A stretch of DNA of 64,000 nucleotides from Methanomicrobiales archaeon (GTDB lineage: Archaea > Halobacteriota > Methanomicrobia > Methanomicrobiales > Methanospirillaceae). The stretch lies in the NCBI GenBank assembly GCA_037137755.1, contig JBAXJR010000002.1, positions 64,001 through 128,000 on the forward strand. Reading direction: 5' to 3'. The notes under the pieces are model-generated. The model was given only the letters and a program-made list of their open reading frames with translations, had not been told where the DNA came from and made no database searches. Position numbers and translations under genes: made by a program. Below, piece by piece: positions 1 through 9,577 of the stretch (position 1 is its first letter; each line of letters starts with the position of its first letter).

Positions 1-2
1 CC

Positions 3-1040
3 CTCGTCATCACCCCGGATGCTGTCAGGATGGGCCCTCCGGGGTCGGCTCCCAGTTCCTCCGACTCGTCGCAGGTAATATCCAAGGCCCAACTGAGTAA
101 AATCAGGATTGCTGCAGGAACTAATGCAAGTGCTATTATTCCCGTTTATTCGAAAAATACCGAGTTCGTTCTCGGTTCTGTGCCAGGCAGGGGCATGCTC
201 TACGGGATCGACCCTGATGATCTCACGTCGTTTCTCACGATCGCAAACGTTACAAACATTAACGGAATAAATGATGCACTTGTGGGGTCAACTATTGCCA
301 CCAACTTTGACTTAAAAATCGGTAGCAGGATCAAGATTGGATCGAGTACAGCAGATTCCCGCCCGGAGGCCCGGATTGTAGGGATCCTCGAAGAACGGGG
401 AATGGCATCGGACCGTGTCAGTACTGACAATGCAATTGTTGTATCCGATACATGGTATACCAACCAGTACGGCGGGGAAAATGAGTACCCGCAGGTAAAT
501 GTGATTGTTAAGAACATCGATTCGATAACCGGTGTCGAAGCGGCAATTGACGCGAAACTCAATACAGATGAGAAAAAGCCAGTTATCAGGATCCAGGACG
601 CAAGTTCACGGTTATCGAGTATCACCTCGACGCTTGGAACGATGACCACGTTTATACTGGCGATAGGAGCCATCTCGCTCCTGGTCGCTGCCACCAGCAT
701 CTTCAATGTGATGATGATGTCGGTCACCGAGCGGGTGCATGAGATCGGAATCCTTCTTTCGATTGGAACAGAGCGTGGGGAAGTCCGCAGGATGTTCCTG
801 TACGAGGCGATCATACTCGGTATTATCGGCGGAGGTGTAGGGGCTATCAGCAGCCTCGTCATCGGCTATTCCGTCGTGAGTGCCATGATCGGGACAACGA
901 ATTATTTCTTCCTGCCTGAAAGTATCCTGTATATCCCCCTTGGCATGGTTATTGGTATCATTGTCTGTGTAATCTCCGGGCTCTACCCTGCATGGCGGGC
1001 ATCGAACATGGACCCGATCGACGCACTGAAAAGCGAGTGA
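3..1040 (+). CDS. MacB/FtsX-family ABC transporter permease (5' end lies outside the window)
   Basis: The frame is open from position 3. An extracellular domain is followed by the C-terminal FtsX motif IFNVMMMSVTERVHEIGILLSIG...EA, three TM helices and YPAWRASNMDPIDAL. Confidence 0.92.
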   Translation, partial: LVITPDAVRMGPPGSAPSSSDSSQVISKAQLSKIRIAAGTNASAIIPVYSKNTEFVLGSVPGRGMLYGIDPDDLTSFLTIANVTNINGINDALVGSTIATNFDLKIGSRIKIGSSTADSRPEARIVGILEERGMASDRVSTDNAIVVSDTWYTNQYGGENEYPQVNVIVKNIDSITGVEAAIDAKLNTDEKKPVIRIQDASSRLSSITSTLGTMTTFILAIGAISLLVAATSIFNVMMMSVTERVHEIGILLSIGTERGEVRRMFLYEAIILGIIGGGVGAISSLVIGYSVVSAMIGTTNYFFLPESILYIPLGMVIGIIVCVISGLYPAWRASNMDPIDALKSE

Positions 1041-1277
1041 TTACGGCAGAGATACCGCTCGTAGAACTATGTGGATTATATAAGCCATAATCCTGGGTAA
1101 TTACGCAGTGCCGGGCTGGAGCCCCCCATTTTTAGATTTTGGGGTTTTATCTCTCCCTGATACAATAATTTTCTTTAATACTGTTCCCCCGACTACAACT
1201 TTAATCATTGACCCTCAGACAATTTTAGCCTGATATATTCAACGTTCTGGTTCAATTATTCCACTCCCCTATGCAGT

Positions 1278-1372
1278 ATATCACTCCTCGCATGCGCCGA
1301 ATATAACTCCGTGCCCGGAAACGGAATCCATGATGATTTCCTGATCGGGGATCATCAGAAAAAGGAGGTGAT
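1278..1372 (+). promoter_or_regulatory. Copy A of a duplicated promoter-like plus hairpin module
   Basis: ATATCACTCCTCGCATGCGCCGAATATAAC (1278-1307), a 24-nt spacer, a GATGAT...ATCATC stem (1332-1356), then AGGAGGTGATC (SD-like). The first 30 nt match 2046-2075 at 26/30. Confidence 0.6.
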
Positions 1373-2045
1373 CGTAAGCGGAACGAGTAAACAAGGTTGG
1401 AATATACTTGATCGGACAGCAGGATTACTATCGTATTCCCCCCCGGTAGGTCTGGTGATCACAGGCAGGAACTTCTTATTGACCATGATGAAAAAATCCG
1501 TGGAAAACCCCGCCCGGGTAACAGGAGTGTAATCACCGGGCCCGGGAGAAAAGGCCGGAAAATATTCAGACGGAAAACTACGTGTGAAGGATAAACAACG
1601 AGCGCAATCAAAGGATAAGAGATCGATACCCTGGATCGCACAGGGATTTTTCTGGTGTGGGTCTGAGCCAGTGAAAAATCGGCACCACTACCATTAAAAA
1701 CCTGTTTCAACGATGTAATTCTCCCATCAGGAAAAAGAATGGACAGGCACCCGACAACCCATCCATTCTTTACCGGGTATCTGTGATACCATTTTTCCCA
1801 TTCTTTGAAAAAACGTTCCAGGCAGGGACTGCAATCATCATGAGACCTTTGCTCACTTGGTTTACCCGGCTGTGATAGAATTCTGAACTTTTTGCGGTAA
1901 CGGCTCCCGGCAGAGTTTCCGTATCGCTTGTTACAGTCGAAGGCGATTTCCGGGGAATAAGCCTGTGGATTATCAGGGATCGGATTATCTTTTTTGAGAT
2001 ATTATCTTCACGAGGTGGTGCTATTAATGGCCTCCCCGGTTCATC

Positions 2046-2137
2046 ATATCACTCCACGTATGAACCGAATATAACAGGGCCGGTGGTTATTCTTATCCGG
2101 ATGATTCTACCCGGAGTAGATCATCGGAAGAAGGATG
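2046..2137 (+). promoter_or_regulatory. Copy B of the duplicated promoter-like plus hairpin module, upstream of the lipoprotein gene
   Basis: ATATCACTCCACGTATGAACCGAATATAAC (2046-2075), the same 24-nt spacer, a GATGAT-TCTAC-CCGGA-GTAG-ATCATC stem (2100-2125), then GGAAGAAGGA. Confidence 0.6.
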
Positions 2138-2335
2138 CAAATTAAAACCCTGGAGATCCGTCAGGGCCTGGGTTATAATCACGTCCGGTTACCGCGGTGA
2201 TTTGCGATAACTTCTACCATACCAGCCACTCGAATTTTCGGGTTTCAGCCAGTTACGAAATAAGAGATGACGTATACGTGTATCCTGGTACCAGGTAGGT
2301 ACCATGCCACGATAGTTCTAAAAGAGAGGTATCTC

Positions 2336-2689
2336 ATGAAAAAAAGCAGGATATCCATGCTGATTGTTTCAGCAATCCTTGTCGCAGGAATTTTCTGTGC
2401 GGGATGTACAGATTCGGGTAGTGCTACAACGCAATCCGGGACTAATTCAGGTGCAACAGTACAGCCCCAGTCTTCTACTTCACCAAATACAGAAAAACCA
2501 AACTGGGTCTCACCAGCAACTCCACCTGATCAGGTAATGACCGTAAAAGATGGGCCGCAGTTCAACCAGTCTGATGCTCCTTCAGGAACACCCCCGTCCG
2601 GAGTGATGATAAATGGCCCCCGTCCATCAGGTACTCCCCCATCAGGTGGCGGTCAGCCTCCATCCGGTACTCCGCCAACCGGTCAGTAA
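2336..2689 (+). CDS. Pro/Ser/Thr/Gly-rich lipoprotein, probably disordered
   Basis: GAGAGGT RBS before ATG 2336. Signal MKKSRISMLIVSAILVAGIFCAGC with a lipobox. Three PSGTPP(S/T)G repeats at the C-terminus. Confidence 0.8.
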   Translation: MKKSRISMLIVSAILVAGIFCAGCTDSGSATTQSGTNSGATVQPQSSTSPNTEKPNWVSPATPPDQVMTVKDGPQFNQSDAPSGTPPSGVMINGPRPSGTPPSGGGQPPSGTPPTGQ

Positions 2690-2807
2690 TGTGTTCCATC
2701 TGATAATCAGTGGGCCCTGTCATACGGTGGTTGACCAAAGGACCTGCTGAGAAACCAGGTCCTGTATGAGGGCCCACTGGCAGCAGTTGAAAAAATGTAA
2801 TTATTCA

Positions 2808-3051
2808 GGCTTTGTTGAAACCCTGCATATTTTTTAAAAAGAGGGGATACGTTGACATGAGGGGGTTTCGCCCTTCCCCCAATAAGATATCCATTGAGTA
2901 AGGGTTCATTGTAGGCATTCAGGAAAATTTCAGAGATTTAAAAGATTATTCCCTATCCCAACCCGGGGTCCCCAGAGCGGCGGACCATGAGCCCCGGGTG
3001 CGTGACTAAATATCGGAGTAACCTAAACGCCAGGATTGATTAAAAAGGGTT
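2808..3051. mobile_element. Degenerate copy of the MITE at 14445-14705
   Basis: Begins GGCTTTGTTGAAACCCTGCATATTT and aligns co-linearly with 14445-14694 (CCCCCAATAAGATATCCATTG, GATTATTCCCTATCCCAACC, GCGTGACTAA). The right TIR has decayed after AGGGTT. Confidence 0.8.
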
Positions 3052-3187
3052 CCCCATGTAAATGCCTGAACGATCCCCCAATACGTGGAGATTTAGAAAT
3101 GATATTTTCATGGTTCGGGTGTGAAATTCTCGTTCATGTGTGTTTCTACAGAGCCATTATTCCCATTTATTTTTGGAAAATGGGGTT

Positions 3188-5212
3188 TCAGGGCCTGATT
3201 TTTTTCAGGTCCGTAAGTATTTCTGTGACTGAGGCATACCGGTTTCCCGGATTTTTCTTCATGCATTTGAGAATGATTTCCTGAATTACCGTGCCCTCCG
3301 CTCCAGGTAATTGCGGCAGTACTGGGTCATCATAGAGGATAGCGTGCATTATCGCTGCGATACCCTCCCTCCTGAATGGTACATTCCCTGTCACCAGATC
3401 ATACAGCAGGACCCCTAGCTGGTAGATGTCTGTCCATGGTCCGGTGTCCCCGAAAAGGTTCGGGGCCAGCTGTTCAGGTGCTGCAAAATCCGGGGAAAAG
3501 CTGATGAGTGCGGTCTGTTTTGTATCGGTAAGTGCTTTTGCAAGTCCCCAGTCGGTAATTTTCGGGACTCCCTCGTCAGACATAAGGACATTTTCCGGCT
3601 TGATGTCCCGGTGAATGATACCCCGTTCATGGGCGTATTGAAGACCTTCAGCCACACCGGTAATAATTTCAACTGATTTATCGATTGAAAGGGGAAGCCG
3701 CATTTCCGCAAGGGAGGTCCCGAAATATTCAATTTCAATATAGGGTACCGGGAAAATATTTGCTGAATAAATCTCCACAATATTTTTGTGGTGAAGCCCC
3801 TGCCAGAGTTGAAGCTCTTTGGTGAAATGGGTCCCTGTTACCTCATCAAACCGTATGGGGACTTTAATGGCAATGGTTCTTCCCTCGGCATCCTTTGCAC
3901 GGAATACCCGCCCGACTCCGCCTTCACCCATATATTCTGCTCCGGGGTACTTCTCACCGAGGGAAGGCGGGAGACGGGCTGCATAGTGCCGCTGATCCTC
4001 AGGAACCGCATCCCCATGCCCCGGGTACCCGATCGTATTCACAACCGTGTTACTCTGGGATTGTGTCCCTTCGTTCCGGTCATCCCTCCCGTGTCTTTTG
4101 CGCCACCAGCTCCTTTCATACCAGATACCCGCAACCGCCGATACAACGATTATGATCGGAATTATCCACCATAACGGGCCAAGGTTTCCAGGGAAGGGTG
4201 GGGGTTGGTTCTGGATAGAACCCGGGCCTGCTGAAAACGGGTTATTATTCAGTGGCTGACCTGCAGGGGCCGTTACAGGCATATCGGCAACCCGTATCAT
4301 GGTATAGGACAAGGGGGGCTTTGAAAGGGGTGCATAATCAGTAATTGATGCACTCATCATCTGGTTTCCTGGAGAACCCGGGCCTGTATTCTGCGATATA
4401 TACTGAATGTTCCGTGCAATCTGCTCACTGGCATTATCCCCGTTACCTGGGATCATGAAATTCCCGAGCACCCCGGAACCGGTATTCTGTACGATGAAGG
4501 GAACGTCTCCTACTCCATCACCATTTGCATCTTCCCCCTGGTAATCCGTCCAGAAATTTCCGAGAGAACCGGTCAGGTTTTTTCCACCATACTGGTACTG
4601 CAATGGGGTACTGTCCCATAACAGGTCTGGGGACTGGCTCATCACATTCATGGGATTGTCAAAGTAATTCAGAAATACTTTGTTCATCTGCGACTTGCGG
4701 TCCGCATAGATCCCAACCGAGTTATTGACGAGAATATTGTTGGAAATTTCGTTATGTTCCGCGGATTCCAATCCGATTCCACGTTGAAGTCCGGTGATGC
4801 TGGAGTTATGAATCTTATTATTTTCCGACTGTATGAGAATACCATATCGGGCAGTCCCCGAGAGGGTTATGCCATCAACAACGATGCCACTGGCACTCAG
4901 CGTGATCCCCGCAATACCATCACCGGATATTATTTCCGGCGGATTCTCCATATCCAGCGCTCCAAGAACAATTGACCGGTTTATGACAAGATTTTCTTGC
5001 CAGGCACCATTTTTCAGAAGGATTGTATCCCCATTTTCAGCAGTACTAACCATGCCCTGCAGGGAACTGTTGCCTTCGTCCGCCGGGTAGATAAACACAG
5101 TAGCGGTTGCCGGGGATGAAACGAGGTAGAGAACTACCAGTACCAGGACAACCAGGATGTTCCTTGTTGCCGATATCGTCCTTACCCGCGGACTTCCTGC
5201 CCTCATAATCAC
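3188..5212 (-). CDS. Single-pass receptor-type Hanks Ser/Thr protein kinase with extracellular NosD/CASH beta-helix
   Basis: Signal peptide; parallel beta-helix repeats; GNFWTDYQGEDANGDGVGDVPF (NosD-like end); Pro-rich linker; TM helix LWWIIPIIIVVSAVAGIWY. Kinase motifs GEGGVGRV, IAIK, FTKE, HRDIKPEN, DWG, APE and DIYQLG. Confidence 0.93.
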   Translation of the reverse strand: MIMRAGSPRVRTISATRNILVVLVLVVLYLVSSPATATVFIYPADEGNSSLQGMVSTAENGDTILLKNGAWQENLVINRSIVLGALDMENPPEIISGDGIAGITLSASGIVVDGITLSGTARYGILIQSENNKIHNSSITGLQRGIGLESAEHNEISNNILVNNSVGIYADRKSQMNKVFLNYFDNPMNVMSQSPDLLWDSTPLQYQYGGKNLTGSLGNFWTDYQGEDANGDGVGDVPFIVQNTGSGVLGNFMIPGNGDNASEQIARNIQYISQNTGPGSPGNQMMSASITDYAPLSKPPLSYTMIRVADMPVTAPAGQPLNNNPFSAGPGSIQNQPPPFPGNLGPLWWIIPIIIVVSAVAGIWYERSWWRKRHGRDDRNEGTQSQSNTVVNTIGYPGHGDAVPEDQRHYAARLPPSLGEKYPGAEYMGEGGVGRVFRAKDAEGRTIAIKVPIRFDEVTGTHFTKELQLWQGLHHKNIVEIYSANIFPVPYIEIEYFGTSLAEMRLPLSIDKSVEIITGVAEGLQYAHERGIIHRDIKPENVLMSDEGVPKITDWGLAKALTDTKQTALISFSPDFAAPEQLAPNLFGDTGPWTDIYQLGVLLYDLVTGNVPFRREGIAAIMHAILYDDPVLPQLPGAEGTVIQEIILKCMKKNPGNRYASVTEILTDLKKIRP

Positions 5213-5221
5213 TATCAGAGT

Positions 5222-5989
5222 TCACTCATTTACAATAAAAAGGAACCGTGCAGAATTTTTTCCCATTGCAAGGTCGATAACGTCACCATTTTTCAACGGG
5301 GTCTTAACCTTTTGTTTAATTGACTCCGAGTTTACAAAGGTACCCCCGGAACTGCCATAGTCCTCGATTTTCCAACCGGGCCCGATTTTTGAAAGGATTG
5401 CATGTGGTTTTGTGATCCTTGTTACTACAATATACTCTTCAGCTAGCACAATGTCCCCTTCGGTTGTCATTGATGGTGTGTCAGGATCGATCCTTCCGAT
5501 AAGGACGCGGTCCTTTTTAATCAGGTACGTCACACCCGCATTCTTACCTTCCAGGAGGTGGAGTGCAGGGAAATCATTTCCTGATTCCCTGAGCACTGCT
5601 GCCCGCACCGAATCAAGGCGTCCCTGGATATCACCGTACCCGATCGGGATATTAATCCTTGAAAAGACCCCCATATTTTTAATGAGCGTTTCCATGCCCC
5701 CCTCTGCGAGTGAAAATTTCCAGACCGGATGAATTCCTTTAGCGGTCTCCCTTCCAAAACCCGCCTCTTTCTTCACAAGCCCGATATGGACGAGCTGGTC
5801 GATGTGCTTTTTGGTGTTTGCATAGCTCGTCTCGATACGGGCGGAGATCTCACTGATCTCCTTTGGCTCCCGCTCGATAACCTTGATTATTTTCAACCGT
5901 ATCGGGTTGGAAAGCACGTCCAGATATTCGGACAGTTCCTGTAAAAACGCGGGGTCCGTTGAAATTGAAATTGTTTCTCTCTCGGTCAT
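5222..5989 (-). CDS. ArsR-like winged-helix transcription factor fused to a C-terminal FHA domain
   Basis: N-terminal LDVLSNPIRLKIIKVIEREPKEISEISARIETSYANTKKHIDQLVHIGLV (wHTH). C-terminal IGR...VTRITKPHA...IEDYGSSGGTFVN...LKNGDVIDL (FHA). 9-bp gap to the kinase gene. Confidence 0.88.
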   Translation of the reverse strand: MTERETISISTDPAFLQELSEYLDVLSNPIRLKIIKVIEREPKEISEISARIETSYANTKKHIDQLVHIGLVKKEAGFGRETAKGIHPVWKFSLAEGGMETLIKNMGVFSRINIPIGYGDIQGRLDSVRAAVLRESGNDFPALHLLEGKNAGVTYLIKKDRVLIGRIDPDTPSMTTEGDIVLAEEYIVVTRITKPHAILSKIGPGWKIEDYGSSGGTFVNSESIKQKVKTPLKNGDVIDLAMGKNSARFLFIVNE

Positions 5990-6373
5990 TTGCTAAAAAC
6001 ACCCGGGATATGTTAGTTGCACACAGGGATTCTGCAGGTGTGATTCATTAAACTATCCCTGTTTCTTGATAAACGGGATTGTTCTCTCTCACCCTTAGTA
6101 AGGCCTTGCGAATATTAACCTGTTGAATCTTAAAAAACAGGATATATAATCGATGATCGAATCCGGTGATATTAATCCCCGGAATGGAACATGATCTCAC
6201 TACTACAATATCTCCATTATAGTAACCGTGCTGACAGGGGAGAAAGGATAATCAAACTGATTATTGGGTTGTGATAACGAAAAAAATACCGGATAACTCG
6301 ATATTATTGCATAACAAAAAGGAGCCCTTCTATTCATGATTACAAAACCAGGTGTGTGAACCTCTGGTCCCCG

Positions 6374-6853
6374 CTAGTCCTGTGCAGTCATCTCGATCTC
6401 GACCATCGCACCCCTGGGCAATCCTGCGACCTGAATGGTTGAGCGGGCAGGAGATGAATTTCCTATGTAATGTGCATATATTGTATTGACGGTACTAAAA
6501 TCAGATAAATTTGTCAGGTATATCCGGGTAACAACCACATCGGAAAAGTCAAGACCTGATTCCCGCAGTATCTCCTGCAAATTCCTCATTACCTGGTCTG
6601 TCTGCCCCTCAATTGTGCTGGAAAGGTTACCTGTCTCCGGGTCAATACCGATCTGTCCGGAGGTATAGACGAGATTATCGGAATGAATCGCCTGGCTGTA
6701 GGGACCGATCGGTCTGGGTGCCTTATCGGTAACAATAACCTGTTTCTGGTGATGGGGTGGAATGAGGACTACAAGGCTCATCACGATCATTCCCAAAAGA
6801 AAACATGCGATAACCAGCAACAGGGTATTTCTGTCAACTTTCAGATCACTCAT
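6374..6853 (-). CDS. ridA: RidA/YjgF/UK114-family enamine deaminase with an N-terminal hydrophobic anchor
   Basis: APRPIGPYSQAI, YTSGQIG, PARSTIQVAGLPRGAMVEIE (catalytic Arg and Glu present). Extra ~20-residue hydrophobic N-terminal segment. Confidence 0.88.
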   Translation of the reverse strand: MSDLKVDRNTLLLVIACFLLGMIVMSLVVLIPPHHQKQVIVTDKAPRPIGPYSQAIHSDNLVYTSGQIGIDPETGNLSSTIEGQTDQVMRNLQEILRESGLDFSDVVVTRIYLTNLSDFSTVNTIYAHYIGNSSPARSTIQVAGLPRGAMVEIEMTAQD

Positions 6854-6930
6854 TTATACCAGCCTCTCCTGTACTATCTATCGGAAATTCTGTCCCAAAT
6901 ACTTATTTGTCTGCTCATGAGACCGGATTA

Positions 6931-8706
6931 TTATTCGATACGGTCATAGCCTGGATCATCCGAACGGTCGGGTGTTATTCCTGGTTTCTCCTTTGGCTTT
7001 ACCTGGATCTCCCGAATGACCCGTGTCCCGCCCATCGCGGATAATATCGCAGCGATGATGGAAAGTAGGGCCCCGATGTAGAAGGAGATCCGAAGCGACG
7101 GCATGAAGGCCGTTGCAAGGGTTGTCGGGAACCAGGTCGTGCCAGTCAGGGTTGTTATGGTTGTGGGGCTGATCGTGGCAACGATCGATGCCGGTACTGT
7201 TACAAGGATCGCCTGGACCGGGTTGTATCCCAGGAATGCGGCAAATAATGCACCTGTCGGTGGAATTGTACTCATTGGGATGATTAGTTCAGGGGCCCCG
7301 GCTTCTGTAAGCGATGTAGCGAGTACCGGGGGAAACATGTGCGTCATGCTGATGATGACGATGGTGAAAAACAGGGCCATGGAGACGACCATCCCGGTGT
7401 TCTGCAGCATCGACCTCATGCCCGACGCGACACCCCGGTCTTCCGGGGGCACAGAATTCATGATGGCCGCGATATTCGGCGCACCAAACATGCCGTTCCC
7501 GAGGCCCATGATCAGGAGTGCGACAGCGAAGACCGGGTATTCAAAGTTATACGGCAGCACGGCCAGTATCAGGAACGCGAGGGCGATGAGGAGCATACCG
7601 GACGTTGCGAACCACCGGGAGCCGTATGTATCTGATAACCAGCCTGACAGAGGGCCCATGATAATAAACCCTGCTGTGAGGGGCAGCATGAATATCCCGG
7701 CCCAAAACGGTGTCGATTCATAGCTGTAACCGTGAAGCGGCAACCAGATGCCCTGCAACAGCATGATCAGGAGGAACATCATGCCCCCGCGGGCGAGTGC
7801 ACCCAGGAACCCGGCTGTGTTCGCAAGGGAAAATATCCTGTTCTTAAAAAGGGCCAGCCTGAACATCGGGTCCTCAACCCGGCTTTCAATGATCGGGAAT
7901 GCGATCAGAAGGGCGATTCCGATGAACATGGATGCCTGTACCCATGGATTGCCCCATCCCATCGGGTCCTGTCCGTACGGGAGAAGTGCATACGTGATAC
8001 CGATCAAAAAGATAGTCAACCCGGCAACAAAGGTGATATTGCCCCACACATCTACCTTCAGACCCCGTTTCGGTAATGATGTCTCTTTGAGCTTCATGAA
8101 GGCCCATATCGTGCCCAGGATACCGACCGGTACACTGACGAGAAACACGTACCGCCAGTTGTAGAATGCGAGGATTCCACCGAGGATGAGGCCAATGAAC
8201 TGGCCCGACAGGAACGCCATCATGTTGAGCCCCAGGGCCTTGCCACGTTCACCAGGTGGGAATGCATCGGTGAGGATTGCCGCACTGTTGGAAAAGGTGA
8301 ACGATGCACCAACTGCCTGGACGAGACGGAACACAATCAGCTCAATTGCACCTGCATCCCCTGTTCCAGGCGTGAGAAAAAGCAGGATGGAACCGAGGGT
8401 GAAAATGGCAAACCCGATATTATAGAGCTTCACCCTCCCGTACATGTCCGAAAGCCGGCCGAAACTGAGAAGCAGTGTTGCGGTGACGAGGCTGTACCCC
8501 ATCAGTATCCAGATCAGGTACTGGAACGAGGTGAGCGGGTCGATATTGATGCCGTTGAAGATCGCAGGCAGCGAGATGAGGATGATGCTCCCGTTCACGG
8601 AGACCATGAACATCTCGATCGTCGTTATCGAGAGTACGATCCACTTGTATTCGATGCCTTTTTTGACAGATCCTGTGTTATTGCCTGCGATTTCGCTTTT
8701 TTCCAT
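6931..8706 (-). CDS. MFS drug:H+ antiporter, DHA2 (14-TM) type
   Basis: Motif [33 protein letters not shown], and many TM segments. Confidence 0.92.
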   Translation of the reverse strand: MEKSEIAGNNTGSVKKGIEYKWIVLSITTIEMFMVSVNGSIILISLPAIFNGINIDPLTSFQYLIWILMGYSLVTATLLLSFGRLSDMYGRVKLYNIGFAIFTLGSILLFLTPGTGDAGAIELIVFRLVQAVGASFTFSNSAAILTDAFPPGERGKALGLNMMAFLSGQFIGLILGGILAFYNWRYVFLVSVPVGILGTIWAFMKLKETSLPKRGLKVDVWGNITFVAGLTIFLIGITYALLPYGQDPMGWGNPWVQASMFIGIALLIAFPIIESRVEDPMFRLALFKNRIFSLANTAGFLGALARGGMMFLLIMLLQGIWLPLHGYSYESTPFWAGIFMLPLTAGFIIMGPLSGWLSDTYGSRWFATSGMLLIALAFLILAVLPYNFEYPVFAVALLIMGLGNGMFGAPNIAAIMNSVPPEDRGVASGMRSMLQNTGMVVSMALFFTIVIISMTHMFPPVLATSLTEAGAPELIIPMSTIPPTGALFAAFLGYNPVQAILVTVPASIVATISPTTITTLTGTTWFPTTLATAFMPSLRISFYIGALLSIIAAILSAMGGTRVIREIQVKPKEKPGITPDRSDDPGYDRIE

Positions 8707-8824
8707 TCTGATCGGGCTGTCCCCCGGGATAATCCAAATGTTTTTCCTGGATATGTAAACTATCCTTTACATCGTTGGATCTTTTTGGACTATAATGTTT
8801 CCAGATTGAATTGTCATTAAAAAT

Positions 8825-8844
8825 TTCGTCCCAAGTTGGACTAT
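8825..8844. promoter_or_regulatory. Putative PadR-type operator upstream of the MFS gene
   Basis: TTCGTCC-N6-GGACTAT has the same half-sites and spacing as the dyad in front of padR. An extra GGACTAT half-site lies at 8787-8793. Confidence 0.4.
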
Positions 8845-8975
8845 TTGCTGTACTACTTTTATCCAGCCCCTCAAAAACAATAAAGCGTAATGAGAAAAAG
8901 GAATACCCCCCTCGCAGAAACCGGAAAGTGTTGTATCGTGACACCAACCTGTGAAGAGACGGGAACGTCCGCCAT

Positions 8976-9443
8976 TCACTCTCTATTCTGCTCAAGTACG
9001 GTCATGCGGGGATAAAACCCGAACCCCAGGTAAAATTTCCACGCTCCTTCGTTCCCGTCGCCGACCGAGACCCGGTTCCTGACCGATCCGTTCGCGTCAA
9101 GCCATGCGAGAGCCCTGGTCACTAATGCGGAACCGATCCCCCGTGAACGGTATCTGTCTTCAACGAATATCGACTCGATCTCGCCCTTCTTCTCTTGTGA
9201 CAGGGAACTGACACAGTACCCTATATACCGGCCGGATTCCGTGTCGAAAACAAGGTCCAGTTGCAGAGACCCCGTCGATGCGATCTTTTCAAAAAACTTC
9301 TTACGATCGTCGAAGGTCATCTTCTCGTAGTGCTGCCGGAAGGTCCCCGCACGTGTATGGTGATATTCGTTGAGCTGGACCCATAGTGGCCTGATCAGCT
9401 CGATGCTGGTGATGCCTGATGTCCGGTATTCAAAGGGCGGCAT
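8976..9443 (-). CDS. GNAT-family N-acetyltransferase
   Basis: EIESIFVEDRYRSRGIGSAL (acetyl-CoA motif A) and NEGAWKFYLGFGF. Start placed at ATG 9443 because the longer ORF overlaps the permease. Confidence 0.88.
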   Translation of the reverse strand: MPPFEYRTSGITSIELIRPLWVQLNEYHHTRAGTFRQHYEKMTFDDRKKFFEKIASTGSLQLDLVFDTESGRYIGYCVSSLSQEKKGEIESIFVEDRYRSRGIGSALVTRALAWLDANGSVRNRVSVGDGNEGAWKFYLGFGFYPRMTVLEQNRE

Positions 9444-9577
9444 TCTTACATTTGAATTAGGATGTGAAAAGGGAATAAGGGTGCCGGGGGGGTGCCGGTC
9501 ATTTAATGGCACATCCCGGATCATCGATGTATTTCTCCCGGGGAAAAAAGAGGAGGCCCCAGTCAGTTTTACCCGTT

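Noticed and set aside
1330-1356. Possible box C/D sRNA (ATGATGA...CTGA) in module copy A
   Set aside because: The boxes are only 4 nt apart with no guide regions, and copy B keeps the stem but not the box sequences.
1278-2137. The 30-nt repeat as a CRISPR direct repeat
   Set aside because: There are only two copies, 768 bp apart, with no spacer periodicity and no cas genes.
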